A DNA stretch of 64,000 nucleotides from Octopus vulgaris (GCA_951406725.2 OX597833.1:3410001-3474000); one strand, 5' to 3'. Numbered from the stretch's first letter, positions 45,835 to 61,672 are shown. A program made the numbers and translations. Notes: generated by a model from the sequence alone, not told the origin.

Positions 45835-46450
45835 CGTGGCCGATGCCAGACTCCCCTAGCACCTGTGCAGGTGGCACGTAAAAAGCACCCACTACACTTG
45901 CGGAGTGGTTGGCGTTAGGAAGGGCATCCAGCTGTAGAAACACTGCCAGATCAGACTGGAGCCTGGTGCAACCTTCTGGTTTCCCAAAACCCGGTCGAAC
46001 CGTCCAACCCATGCTAGCATGGAAAGCGGACGTTAAACGATGATGATGATGATGTACTCACTCTGTGAATAAAAATCATGAAAATGAATTTACAAATAAC
46101 GGTTTTGCATGTTGTATTCTTTCATCATCATCATCGTTTAGCGTCCGCTTTCCATGCTGGCATGGGTTGGACGGTGCAATTGGAGTCTGGAAGCCAGGAG
46201 ACTGCACCAGGCTCCAGTCTGATCTGGCAGAGTTTCTACACCTGGATGCCCTTCCTAACGCCAACCACTCCAAGAGTGTAGTGGGTGGTTTTTACATGCC
46301 ACCGGCACAGGTGCCAGGAGAGGCTGGCAGCGGCCACAATCGGTTGGTGCTTTTTACATGCCACCGGCACAGAAGCCAGTCAAGGCCACGTTCGGATGGT
46401 GCTTTTTACGTTCCACCGGCACAGGTATCACAACTACAATTTCCATTTGA
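45835..46450. mobile_element. Tail-to-tail pair of RTE 3' UTRs (45835-46055 +, 46120-46450 -)
   Basis: Family B motif on both strands with (GAT)n/(CAT)n tails facing each other. Confidence 0.8.
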
Positions 46451-46946
46451 TATTTATTTTGTGAAGTAATAATCTTGCGATGAAATCACACATCAATATA
46501 TTTACTGTGATGTAAATCTCTGAAAGGAATCTATGGCAGGGACTTTACCAGACACCATTTTTGATGTTCCTATTGAAGATATTTTGTAAAGCTTTGTGGC
46601 CTAGTGGTTAGGGTGTTGCGTAAATGAGCACCAGATCATGGTTTCAATCTCTAGACAGGTCAGTGCATTTTATACTTCTGCAAAACACTGCATTTCACAT
46701 TGCCTGGGTTCAATCCACATGATTAATCCCTCATCAGACTGGCATCTCTTTTAGAGGTAGCGTTGTGATCCCTATCACATATGCACCATGGAAACTAGGG
46801 GACCAGCCCTCTGAGCCAGAGAACTCAGGACAGTACTTGCTATTCATGATATCGGTGTTGTTCTTGTTGATATTGTCATTTTGACTTTACAGAAACAAAG
46901 GAAAAAAAAGCCATGTGAATCTCATTTTCTCTTTTTCTGCTTTCAG

Positions 46947-47029
46947 CGAACATTTATTCACTGCGGGTCATCCTCAGTGTTGCCATGGTTGCAATAAATT
47001 CTAACATAACAGCGGACAATGAAACATCA
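46947..47029 (+). CDS. Candidate 83-nt exon; possible start-codon exon encoding MVAINSNITADNETS (ATG 46985)
   Basis: Polypyrimidine acceptor CATTTTCTCTTTTTCTGCTTTCAG, donor GTAAGT at 47030, only one open frame, GCCATGG context, two N-x-T sequons, non-repetitive sequence. Confidence 0.5.
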
Positions 47030-47276
47030 GTAAGTTTCCCATATTTTTGGCATTTGATATTAATTCTGTTATTATTGTTATTATTGTTATTATTGTCATT
47101 GTTGTTGTTGTTGTTGTTGTTGTACTGTAGTCGGTTTAACCTGTCATGCATTCAGGATCAATAAAATAGGTACCAGTTGAATACTGGGGTCAACGTAATC
47201 AATTTACCCTCTCTTCCAAAATTGCTGGCCTTGTACCGAAATGTGAAATCATCATTATTATTATTATTATTATCAT

Positions 47277-47320
<44 letters not shown>

Positions 47321-47574
47321 TTGTTGTTGATGTTGTTATCATCATCATCATCATCATCAAAGGCAGTGAGCTGGGAGAAACGTTGGCATGCCGGGTGAAA
47401 TGCTTAGCAGTATTTCGTTGGTCTTTATATTCTGAGTTCAAATTCTGCCGAGGTTGACTTTGCCCTTCATTCTTTCAGAGTCAATAAATAAAGTACCAGT
47501 TGCATACTGGGGTTGATGTAATTGACTTATCCACTTCCTCAAAATTGCTGGTTGTATGCCAAAAATTTGAAGCA

Positions 47575-47609
<35 letters not shown>

Positions 47610-47616
47610 CATTATT

Positions 47617-47669
<53 letters not shown>

Positions 47670-47682
47670 TATTATTATTATA

Positions 47683-48640
47683 ATTACTTTAGTTTGGCTC
47701 AGGTTTGGTCTTATTCCTGGTAGGATTGATGTAGGTAGAGGGTTACCACCTGTAACCTTAGATATCTGCAAGTTTCCAACATCTTTCAAGTGCTTAGAAC
47801 CCTCCTGTTAATCCCTGCTGTAATATTACAGTTAGCTGCTGCAAGGGTAAAGGCAATATTTGAAAGACCCCTTGCTGTACCCTTATTTATGCACTAAATC
47901 CATTACTTTACTCATAGCCAACTCTCATCCATGGCTTGTACTGCTCTAACAAGCCATTCACTTTCTTTTAACATCCTTAGAGACCACCAGATAATAAAGC
48001 AAAGGCCTCTGTCAAAATCCTTCTCTTGGTCAATGAAAGCCAAGTACAGAGCTATACTTTACACAAAATACTTCTCTTGCAGATGTCTCACAAGGAAGAT
48101 TGCATCTCTGGTACGTTTCCCAGGCACAATCCCAAACTGCATCACTTCATCTAGTTTAATTCTGTTCCTAATCAATTCAGTTATAACTCATTCTCTCAGC
48201 AACTTCCAAGACTTCGTCCAGCACTTTGATATCTCTGTAGCTGTTTCTATTTGCGGAATCACCTTTACCCTTGCAGCAACTGACTCTAATCCTACAACAC
48301 CAGTCATTCGAAATGATGATGTCTCCCTGGACAACCTGATTAATTACACAACTGACAAGGCCGTATCCTACTCCGCCAAATACTTTAAGCATTTCAGTAG
48401 CAAAACCTGATGGTCCGGGAACTTTTCCTATCTTCTTAACCTTAATTGCCTTATCTATTATACTGCTGTCAATTCTGATGGCTGGTCCCTCGGATGGTTT
48501 TATATTTGAAAGGCTCTCCTTCTCCCATGGATTTTTCACATTTAGTAATCTTTCATAGTGACACTTCACTTCCATACATCTTTCTTCCCTGAATTACTAA
48601 GTGCAAGCGTACCGTTATCCATTTGCACACATTTCTCACC
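47683..48640 (-). mobile_element. RTE-clade LINE reverse transcriptase fossil
   Basis: HYERLLN...KIGKVPGPSG..EMLK...KGKGD...SYRDIKVL...MQFG.VPGK.TRDAIFLVRHLQEK...LYLAFID.EK.FDR...GVQQG...NLSQTKV, with stops and frameshifts. Confidence 0.9.
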
Positions 48641-48669
48641 TACCACATCTCTAATCTCTCTCTCACACG

Positions 48670-48702
<33 letters not shown>

Positions 48703-48746
48703 TATATTATGTTTATTGTAGCATGTGTGTGCATGTGTGTCCCTGA

Positions 48747-48795
<49 letters not shown>

Positions 48796-48910
48796 CATTG
48801 CCTCTATCATTACACCAACAGATTGTCGTTGAAAAGCTACAGCTAAATCTCCACTTTACTGGGTTGGCCTGGAAACGTGTATAGATTAATGATATTCGTT
48901 GTTATGGACG

Positions 48911-49245
<335 letters not shown>

Positions 49246-49446
49246 TCACGCTAGTAAAACAGAGATACAAAGACTGGAAAGAAGCCATATGAGTTTTTAT
49301 GGTCTTCATGTCAGCTACAGTTAGATGGATACACAGATAGATCTGCAAAGAGAGATTGAGTGATAAATATTAATAGAATATAAGCATACATACGCATACG
49401 ATACATGTTTATATGTGTGTATATATATCTATATCTATATAAATAA

Positions 49447-49516
<70 letters not shown>

Positions 49517-49561
49517 ATATATATAAATAAATATATATATGTATGTGTATATATGTGTATA

Positions 49562-49616
<55 letters not shown>

Positions 49617-49709
49617 AGATATATATGTATGTATATATATATATATAAATATATATATGTGTATATATATATGTGTATATATATGTATATATATATAATA
49701 TATATATAC

Positions 49710-49800
<91 letters not shown>

Positions 49801-49801
<1 letters not shown>

Positions 49802-50365
49802 TGGGTGCGTAAGATATTTGAGGACAGATTTATGTTTATAAAAAACCGGTTATATAATAAATGATAATAAATTTATTTATCAAAAAATGCTGTGAGTATA
49901 AAAATAAACCTTCTCTTCTATAATGTTATTCAATAAACCCACCTCCAATTTCAACAACTGCTTCTATATGAGATCTAAATCATCTCCATGCTCGAATCGA
50001 GTGGTTCTGATTCATTTAAGACATTACTCCAACTAAGGAAGCTTTGAAAGAATCTTTGGTGTTATGGGAGTGTTCATTGACCTCTCTCTCAACAACGCTC
50101 CACATGTAATAGTCCAATGGATTGAGATCTGGGAAATTAGGAGGCCAAATGTTAGGGGTTATGTGATCATGAAAATTTTCAGCCATCCATTTCTGTGTTA
50201 CTAGAGCCATGTGTGATAGTGCAGAGTCTTACTGAAACACATATGGCCTTCCATTGCATACACTGTCTGTCCAGGGCTTAACTGTTGTTTCCAGGACTTC
50301 AGTGTAGGTGGCAGAGTTAACTCTAAGGCCTTGTGGAAAGAAGTAAAGAGGCATGATGATCATAA
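49801..50365 (-). mobile_element. DD37D (maT-like) transposase 3' fossil with TIR at a TA
   Basis: MPLYFFPQGLRVN...PYVFQ*DSALSH...WPPNFPDLNPLDYYMWSVVE; 37 residues between the second and third catalytic D; end TA-CTGGGTG. Confidence 0.85.
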
Positions 50366-50405
<40 letters not shown>

Positions 50406-50449
50406 GAAAAGAATAGAGTCGAACGAAGATTTTAACAAAATTCCTTTAC

Positions 50450-50530
50450 TTTCAACATATGTTTCGAAGACTGCATACTCTTAATTCTGAAAGAATGAAG
50501 GTTGCATTATGCCGTCTTCTCATCAGGAAA
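50450..50530 (-). ncRNA. Hammerhead ribozyme, canonical core, extended helix II
   Basis: UUUC [CUGAUGA] GAAGACgGCAUA...UAUGCaGUCUUC [GAAA] CAUAUG UU GAAA. Palindromic ACAUAUGU helix III. Confidence 0.75.
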
Positions 50531-50731
50531 TACAAGGAACCTATATCAGCCTCAAGACGGACAAAAACTTCTTAATAACTGCCTACATGATTTCCACAGT
50601 AACAATGAATAATATATATATATATTACAAATTTACAGAAAACAAAAGATGAAGACAAGTGTAGGAACAACCAGCATGAGTATTAGTCTTTTGGCATACC
50701 CATGCTAGCATGGAGAACGGACGTTAAACGT

Positions 50732-50764
<33 letters not shown>

Positions 50765-50769
<5 letters not shown>

Positions 50770-50945
50770 CGTCTTTGGTTGCTGTTTTGGGGGATTCTTA
50801 CACAAACTCCAGGATCTTTTATGCAATATTTTTTCATACACAATCCATTCTTCACCCCCAGTCACAAGTTGTTTAAAAAAATACATGCTTTCATTCTGTT
50901 TCAAAAGCATATCACAAACAAAATACCAATCCGAGCAATTCTTTT
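50765..50945 (-). mobile_element. Mariner (DD34D-type) transposase fragment
   Basis: FFKQLVTGGEEWIVYEKILHKRSW resembles FLxxIVTGDEKWxxYxNxxRKRSW. Confidence 0.7.
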
Positions 50946-50951
50946 CTTAGA

Positions 50952-51466
50952 GTTTGTGGTCGCAGAAATTGTCAGACAGCCATGACTGGGTTCTCCTGCT
51001 TGTGTGGTATGGTGCAGAGTCCTGTTGCGTGACATAGGGTCTTCCAGCAGCCACTCTCTTAACCTAGGACAGCACTGCTTCCGTCAGGCACTTGATGCAG
51101 GCCTGTGTGTTGAGTCTGAGGCCATGTGGGAAAATGAATGGAGGCATAAAGTCGCCATCACAAGTGAGCACTGAAAACATGATGTTGACTGTATTCTTGA
51201 TTTTTATCACTCTTGGTATATGTCTTCAGACTGACACCTAACCACTCTGAAATGTTCGTGTTGGAGCTTCCAATCCGAATGCCAAGCAGCACAGCATGTC
51301 GTTTCCAAAATTTCTGGCAGAACGAATTGCGTCATGGTGCTGTTTTTTTCACAGACAGTGCCCAACTGACCCTACTATACTGTGTAGTCAACAAAATCAT
51401 AAACAAGCAATGCATATACACAAAATTAAAAATATAAAATGGCAACAATTTGCCCATCGCCCCCTG
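50952..51466 (-). mobile_element. Second DD37D-like element, internally deleted 5' part with TIR
   Basis: DGDFMPPFIFPHGLRLNTQACIKCL...AAGRPYVTQQDSAPYHTSRRTQSWLSDNF; end TA-CAGGGGGCGATGGGCAAATTG. Confidence 0.75.
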
Positions 51467-51577
51467 TATATGCACACACAGACACAGATAGAGATCTCTA
51501 CACATACATACTCATGCATTCAAATATAAGCTAAGATTTAAATAAACAAACCAACTGATGCATGCATGTATGTGTAC

Positions 51578-51610
<33 letters not shown>

Positions 51611-52028
51611 TGTATGTATGTATGTGTGTATGTGTGTATGTATGTATCTATGTATGTATGTATGTATATGCATGTATGTGTATGTATGTATGTATGTATG
51701 TATGTATGTATGTATGTATGTATGTGTGTATGTGTGTATGTATGTATGTGTATGTATGTGTGTATGTATGCATGTATGTATGTATGTATGTGTGTATGTA
51801 TGCATGTATGTATGTATGTATGTATGTATGTATGTATGTATGTATGTATGTATGTATGTATGTATGTATGTATGTATGTATGTATGTATGTATGTATGTA
51901 TGTATGTATGTATGTATGTATGTGTGTATGTATGTATGTATGTATGTATGTATGTATGTATGTATGTATGTATATGTGCATGTATGTATGTATGTATGTG
52001 TATATATGTATGTATGTATGTATGTATC

Positions 52029-52059
<31 letters not shown>

Positions 52060-52332
52060 CTATCACTCTCTCTTTCTCTTTCTCTCTCTCTCTCTTTTTC
52101 TCTCTCTGTATATTTGTGTATTGTCTGTGTATTTATATGTGTATATTTTTATCTACCTGTCTATTCATCTCTACCTCTTCACTCTGTATATATATTGTGT
52201 GTATGTAAATATATATATATATATGTGTGTGTGTGTGTATGTGGGTGTGTGTATGTATACGTATGTATTTGCTTAGATATAAAAGGAAAAGAAAATCCTT
52301 AATACACGAATAAAGGAATAATAAATGCTATT

Positions 52333-52960
52333 GAGTTTGTTCATTTATATCTCCAAAATAAAATTAGTTCAGATTTTCTATTGAGTATACCACCATTAAG
52401 GAATAAGGCTGCACATTTTCCAGAAATGCATGAAGGATGAAAGTTAGAGATGTGGTTCTAGGCACCGGCATATTTCAAAATTTCCTGTTTGATATCAAAA
52501 TTTGTATAGTTATTTTTGTAAATCCCGAATGCATTTCGATGAAGTAATGTCTGCATGCTTGGCTGCATTTCTGAAGGTATGTGTGTATTAGTTATTTCAC
52601 ACTTTGAATGGATTTATTGTTAAGCCAAATATATATTTTAATAATTATTTCTATTTACAAGTGACACTTTTGTAGAGCAAACAATAGAGCTTGTCAAACA
52701 TTTACCTTTTAATGGACATTAAAGCAGGGTTTATACAATTACTTGACTGAAAATTGGATTTATTAAGAATAGATGAAGGTGTGAGTTTTCTACTGTTGAT
52801 TGGTAAAACTGGGAGTGGAGGACTAACTGACTTTTATATTATTAGCATTGAATATTCAACAGTAGTTCTCCTGTTTCCGGAAGCCTGTATATAAAAGGTA
52901 TAAGACTTTCTAGTAGCACATGTACTAAATTCAAGGTTATAAAATGTATTGTACATAAGT
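52333..52960 (-). mobile_element. Penelope-like retroelement fossil (linker + GIY-YIG endonuclease)
   Basis: IFNANNIKVS*SSTP...NCINP..CPLKGKCLTSSIV...FGLTINPFKV*NN*YTHTFRN...SKCIRDLQK..NFDIKQEILKYA...LNRKSELI, across frameshifts. Confidence 0.7.
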
Positions 52961-53146
52961 AGAATGTGTTTAGAATCTTTCATCAAAGACTATTATTCTA
53001 ATTATTTCTAATATTTTGCGATGTTTCATCAGGACCTAAATTATATGTATGGAAATATATATTGTTGTTTGATTATAAGCATCTATCTTATATGTACTGA
53101 AAGGTGAGACTAGGAGCTGTTTTCAAAAAGTTCCAGCCCCTGTAAG

Positions 53147-53177
<31 letters not shown>

Positions 53178-53221
53178 TGTATGTATGTATGTATGTATGT
53201 ATGTATGTATATTAGCAGAAG

Positions 53222-53602
53222 AGACGCAGGAGTGGCTGTGTAGTAAGAGCTTGTTTCCCAACCACATGCTTCCAGGTTCAGTCCCACTGCATGGCACCTT
53301 GAGCAAGTGTCTTCTACTACAGCCTTGGGCCGACCAAAGCCTTGTCAGTGGATTTCGTAGATGGAAACTGAAAGAAGCCTATTGTATTCTTTTATTCTTT
53401 TATGCTTTTACTTGTTTCAGTAATTTGACTACAGCCATGCTGGAGCACTGCCTTTAGTCACACAAATTGACCCCAGGACTTATTCTTTGTAAGCTTAGTA
53501 CTTATTCTATCGGTCTCTTTTGCCGAACTGTTAAGTTACAGGAGTTGTAAACACACCAACATTGGTTGTCAAGCAATGGTGGGGGACAAACACAAACACA
53601 CA

Positions 53603-53650
<48 letters not shown>

Positions 53651-53666
53651 AACAAACACACACACA

Positions 53667-53725
<59 letters not shown>

Positions 53726-53878
53726 CTTTCAGTTTCCGTTTACCAAATCCTCTCACAAGGCTTTGGTCGGCCCGAGGCTGCAGTGGAAGACACTTGCCCA
53801 ATGTGCCACGCAGTGGGACTGAATCCAGAACCATGTGGTTGGTAAGCAAGCTACTTACCACACAGCCACTCCTATGCA

Positions 53879-53909
<31 letters not shown>

Positions 53910-54150
53910 ATATATATCTATGTGTGTGTGTGTTGTGTCTACATTTGTTCCTCCAACACCGCTTGACAACCAGTGTTGGTGTGTTTACATCCCCTTAATT
54001 TAGTGTTTCTGCAAAAGGGACCGATAGAGTGAGTACTAGGCTATGAAAACAATAAGAACCCGGGATAAATTCATTTGACAAAAAATTCTCCAAGGCAGTG
54101 CTGTAGCATGGCCACAGTCCAATGACTGAACCGAGTAAAAGCGTAAAGAT
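53222..54150 (+). mobile_element. SINE family A (+) with an inverted family A copy (53395-53875, -) nested in its middle
   Basis: + head at 53222-53385, full - copy, + 3' half at 53935-54150. Confidence 0.85.
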
Positions 54151-54596
54151 GAAAGATATGTACACACATCTATACACACCTGTATATATAGTCATACATG
54201 CGTACGTACACACAAGCATAATGACTCTGTGTGTGTGTGCGTGTGCATAGCTGAATTCTGTTTAACGACTCCACAAATGACATCACTATCATGTTAGATA
54301 AGGAGTCGGACACACAGACACAGCGAAACATTAACGCTCAATAGAGGACTGCAAGCTGCTCTCCTCTTTCTCTCTCCCTCTCTTTCTCTCTCTCTTGCTC
54401 TCTTTAGATTATTTATAATAATTTATGCAAGCATTCATCTATGCTCACTTGCTCGTATATATATCCTCATATACACTCATTCCGGTAGACGGATGTAGAC
54501 ACACACTGAGACTTCCACATAGAAATCACACTCTGAGAAATACACACACACACACACACACACACATAATTACACACACACACACACACAAACACA

Positions 54597-54874
<278 letters not shown>

Positions 54875-54886
54875 CACGCACACACA

Positions 54887-54953
<67 letters not shown>

Positions 54954-54955
<2 letters not shown>

Positions 54956-55158
54956 CTGTGAAGTTTCTGGCTTCAGGTAAAAGAAAATACAGGAGGATCA
55001 ATTAATTATGATTTTATGCAAAATATTCCCCTTCTCAGATTCACACACTTATTGCACAGGTCTTTCAGGTTTTCTAAACCCTGTAAAAGAACTCAGAAAG
55101 TTGGGCCTCCAACCAGGCCTTTCGTGATACCCTTAAAGTCATGAACTTTTCAGCACTC

Positions 55159-55162
<4 letters not shown>
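54954..55162. mobile_element. Mariner-derived MITE
   Basis: Degenerate TIRs GCTGTGAAGTTTCTGGCTT / AAGTCATGAACTTTTCAGC. Confidence 0.5.
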
Positions 55163-55218
<56 letters not shown>

Positions 55219-55259
55219 TTTTCCTCTGTCTTCCCTTCTCGGGATCTTTCCTTCTCCTT

Positions 55260-55294
55260 GTTTCCGACGAAGAGCTCCGCTTGAAACGTTAAAC
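55260..55294 (+). ncRNA. Minimal HHR-like motif (U4C variant) in a (TA)n-flanked element 55214-55386
   Basis: GTTT [CCGACGA] a GAGC-TCC-GCTT [GAAA] CG TT AAAC. Confidence 0.55.
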
Positions 55295-55380
55295 CCTCCT
55301 TCTTTCCTGAGCGTCCAATAATACTATATTTGTTCTACGTCCTCGCGTTGTTGTGTTTTTTTGTGCTTTCTTGTTTGGAT

Positions 55381-55411
<31 letters not shown>

Positions 55412-56095
55412 CATCCTCATCATCATCCTCACTATCGTTTAACGTCCGTTTTCCATGCTGGCATGGGTTGAATGGTTCAACTGGGGTCTGCAAAGCCAGG
55501 AGGCTGCACCAGACTCCAGTCTGATCTGGCAGAGTTTCTACAGCTGGATGCCCTTCCTAACGCCAACCACTCTGTGAGTGTAGTGGGTGCTTTTTACATG
55601 CCACTAGCACAGGGGGCCAGAAGAGGCTAGCAACGACCACAATCAGTTGGTGTCTTTTATGTGCCACTGGCACAGAAGCCAGCCAAGGTGGCACTGGCAT
55701 TGGCCACATTCGGATGGTGCCTTTTACATGCCACCAGCACGGGGATCACAACTGCAATTTCCATTTGATTTTGATTTTGATGTACTTGACTCAATATGTC
55801 TCCTCAAGCACAGCATGTCGCCCAATGATCCAAGGTAATTTTGAGTGGGCTGGTTATGCAACACTGGTGTAGGTTACAGAGAGAGAGAGGTCTGGAATGA
55901 AGATAGAAACAGGTGTGGATGGGACAAACAATGCTTCTAGAACTTAGTTTTGCCGACATGGGTGAGTCTTCTCAAGAACTTCATATTGCCAGACATCTTG
56001 GTCCATTGTCATTTCTTCCATGAGACCCAACATCCTGAGATCGGTCCTAACCACTTCATCCCACATCTTCCAGGGCCTCCCTCTTCCACAGACAC

Positions 56096-56098
<3 letters not shown>
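55412..56098 (-). mobile_element. RTE LINE 3' end (ORF2 C-terminus + 3' UTR)
   Basis: GVCGRGRPWKMWDEVVRTDLRMLGLMEEMTMDQDVWQYEVLEKT, then the family B tail. Confidence 0.8.
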
Positions 56099-56170
<72 letters not shown>

Positions 56171-56197
56171 ATATATATGTATATATATGTATATGCA

Positions 56198-56904
56198 CCC
56201 TGAGAGAAAAGTTGGACTTAAGAAGCATCAGATGTGGTGCGCAAGAGAGACGACTGTGCTGGTATGGTCAATGGATGAGATCAGTGGTGTGAAAAAGTGT
56301 CACACCCTAGCAGTTGAGGAAACCTGTGGAAGAGGTAGACCCAGGAAGACCTGGGATGAGGTGGTGAAGTGCGAGTTTCAAACATTGAGCCTCACTAAGG
56401 CAATGACTAGGGACCGAAACCTTTGGAGATATGCTGTGCTTGAGAAGACCTAGCAAGCCAAGTGAGACCATAATCCATGGCCTATACCAGTGGTGTATAA
56501 CCAGCCAATTTAAGAGTACCCTTCAATCATTGGACAATAAACTATGCTTGTGAAGACCTGTTGAGGCAAGTGAAATTGAAATCGTCATGGCCGATGACAC
56601 CTGGGCCAGTAGAATGTTAAAAGAAGCATTCGAGCATGATCATTGCCAGGGCTGCTGACTGGCTCCCATGTTAGTGCCGTGTTAACAGCACCATTTGAGC
56701 ATGGTCGATGCCAGTACCACCTGACTGGCCCTCATACTGGTGGCACATAAAAGCACCCTCTACACTCTTGCGTTAAGAAGGGTATCCAGCTGTAGAAACT
56801 TGCCAGATCAGATTGGAGCCTGGTGCAGCCTTCTAGCTCACCAGCCCTCAGTCAAATCGTCTGACCCATGCCAGCATGGAAAGCGGACGTTAAACGATGA
56901 TGAT

Positions 56905-56910
<6 letters not shown>
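56198..56910 (+). mobile_element. RTE LINE 3' end (ORF2 C-terminus + 3' UTR)
   Basis: ERRLCWYG...LAVEETCGRGRPRKTWDEVVK...TRDRNLWRYAVLEKT*, then UTR ending GGACGTTAAAC(GAT)n. Confidence 0.85.
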
Positions 56911-56991
<81 letters not shown>

Positions 56992-57110
56992 ATGTATATA
57001 TATTTTAAATTAACAATTGAGGATAAAATCTTTAAAAGAAATTATCAGTAGTCAGCGTGAAAAACCTCGTAAGAGAAAAATCCGTAAATTCTTCCTCTTT
57101 GAAAATATTC

Positions 57111-57625
<515 letters not shown>

Positions 57626-58299
57626 GTGTGTGTGTGTATATATATAATTGTAAATAACACTAAACCATTTTTTTTTTAATTATTGAAACTGGTAGCATAC
57701 GTCTGTGAACTTTCAGATGTGTTTTGTATAAGGGATACTCAACCACAAGTCTCTGGTGGAGTCGTGCATTGTTGATTGATCACGACTAAGGTCAGTTCTT
57801 AGAGTGGTTGATTGGCTGAATCTTCAGTGTCATTCAAGTGACGACGATGACGATGACGATGATGATGACGATGACGATGATGATGATGATGATGATGATG
57901 ATGAGGATGAGGATGAAGATGACGAGGATGACGATGACGATGATGATGATGATGATGAGGATGAAGATGACGAGGATGACGATGACGATGATGATGATGA
58001 TGATGATGATGATGAGGATGACGATGATGATGAGGATAATGATGATGATGATGATGAGGAGGAGGAGGATGATAATGACGACGATGACGATGACGATGAT
58101 GATGACGAGGGAGAGGCGGAGGAGGAAGTGGAGGAGGAGGAAGTGGAGGAGGAGGAGGAGGAGGTAGTCAGTTGACTTAACTAACTGTCTCCCAATAAAA
58201 CTTTTGGCTTTGTATCTAAGTCAGAAATGATTGAAGGTATTTTTTTTTATTTGTCAAAGATATGTCAGAAGCAGATAAATTCGAACCTGTTTGGAAACT

Positions 58300-59010
58300 G
58301 TCCAATGAAAATACATATTTCTTTGCGAAAGGAAATTATTCTCTGGTGCTCATCATACTTCGGAATTCAAACTTTTACATTCGAATTTGCGATGTATGGC
58401 TTGTGATACGTAGCCGGCTTGATGCTCATCCCTGAAAAGCCAATCAGGTTTCCTATTGAAGGTTTATTCTTAGCTGTTTCAATACCTGAGACTTTACAGA
58501 CAAGTAAAGTGTTATAACTATATTAAAATATGGCTCAACCAATGATTTTTTTCTTGGTTTCTAAACTTCCAGATATATTGAGAGAGGGATGTAGAGATTT
58601 CTCTCTTTTCAAACCTAAAGGAATGCTAGTGTTGATATATATATAAAAAACTTCCACAGAATGTTCCAAGTACTCTTTTCATTTCCTGCATTCATAAAGG
58701 TAAATGCTAGCATTAATCAATACTTCTAAATAAATATGTATATCAATTGAATTTAAATTTCATGAATTTTTTTCTCAGAGTTTTTTGTAAATCCTAATAG
58801 ATTTTTCATGTAGTTTCAAACAATAAAGTTCCAGGAATATTCTTAGAATTTCTCAGTCTAATCGTCTGGATGAAGTATCAGTTAAGTGCTAGTTGCTATC
58901 GTTATTTTTCACGAAGTGGAAAATCATGGAAGCCATGTTATCTGTTTTATTAATAACGATGATTCATTGCTGGATTGAGAATATTTTATTTGTTGAAAGT
59001 TGAGGATCCA
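58300..59010 (-). mobile_element. Very decayed Penelope-like ORF end, with a possible degenerate HHR just downstream (~58310-58362)
   Basis: NKIFS...TDNMASMIFH; YQH*HSFR...STSLSQYIWKF; ..AIHRKF; then AUGAUGA...GAAA UAUG UA. Confidence 0.45.
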
Positions 59011-59096
59011 GTTTATTGCTAGTCTTAAGTTTGTTGCCTGAAACTTAGAGAAGCAACAGAAGAAATCCATTATTCTAAATACATATTCATCAAACT

Positions 59097-59896
59097 GTCT
59101 TTCTCTATTTTCTTTCTTTCTTTCGTTCTTTCTTTCGTTCTTTCGTTCTTTCTTTCGTTCTTTCTTTCTTTCATTCTTCCTTTCTTTCTTTTTTCTTTCT
59201 TTCTTTCATTCTTTCTTTCTTTCATTCGTTCTTTCTTTCTTTCGTTCTTTCTTTCTTTCGTTCTTCCCCTTCTTTCTTTCTTTCTTTCTTTCATTCTTTC
59301 TTTCTTTCTTTCTTTCTTCCTTCCTTTCTTTCATTCTTTCTTTCGTTCGTTCTTTCTTTCTTTCCTTCATTCTTCCTTCCTTCCTACCTTCCTACCTTCC
59401 TTCCTTTCTTTCTTTCGTTCTGTCTTTCTTTCATTCTTTTGTTCTTTCGTTCTTTCTTTCTTTCGTTCTTTCTTTCTTTCTTTCTTTCTTTTGTTCTTTC
59501 GTTCTTTCTTTCTTTCGTTCTTTCTTTCTTTCGTTCTTTCTTTCTTTCTTTCTTTTGTTCTTTCGTTCTTTCTTTCTTTCTTTCTTTTGTTCTTCCTTTC
59601 TTTCTTTCTTTCATTCTTTCGTTCTTTCTTTCTTTCTTTCTTTCTTTCATTCTTCCTTTCGTTCTTTCGTTCTTTCGTTCTTCCTTCCTTCCTTTTCCTT
59701 CCTTCCTTCCTTCCTTTCTTTCTTTCGTTCTTTCTTTCTTTCTTGTTTGCTTTCTTGCTTTCTTTCCTACCTTCTTACTTTCCTTCTTTTTCCCTTTTTT
59801 CTTTCTTTTTTATTTCTTTCATATTTCCTTCTTTCTCTTTCTCTCCCTCTTTTTCTTTATCTCTATTTCTTTCTCTGTGTCCTCTCTCTTTCTCTT

Positions 59897-59936
<40 letters not shown>

Positions 59937-59950
59937 TCTCTACCCTCTTT
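59097..59950. repeat. (CTTT)n/(CT)n polypyrimidine tract
   Basis: Directly visible. Confidence 0.95.
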
Positions 59951-60178
59951 CCACATACACACACACACATATAATGGAATTTTCCAAGGATATTTTCTAC
60001 AGTTGAATGCTCTCCCTGTTGCCAAACCTCACATGTTTCCAAAGTAACATAATGATTCCCCATGGCCAGACACGTCTCCACAGAAGACTGGAAAAGAACT
60101 ACACTGCTTGTATGATGGTGACACTCATTTACAACCATCACACACAAGGTCAAGACAAGGAGACTCAAGCACACACAT

Positions 60179-60216
<38 letters not shown>

Positions 60217-60328
60217 GTATACAACAGGCTTCTTTCAGTTTCTTCCTACCAATTCCACTGACACAGCTTTAGTCAGTCTGGTGGAGATATAGATATACAT
60301 ACATACATACATATGTATTATATATATA

Positions 60329-61672
<1,344 letters not shown>

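Noticed and set aside
57717-57790. Possible exon (TTTCAG ... AAG|GTCAGT)
   Set aside because: Weak pyrimidine tract and stops in all three frames.
57804-58175. Acidic D/E-rich ORF resembling a nucleolin- or prothymosin-like tract
   Set aside because: GAT/GAC/GAG microsatellite with a GTG start and no flanking domain.
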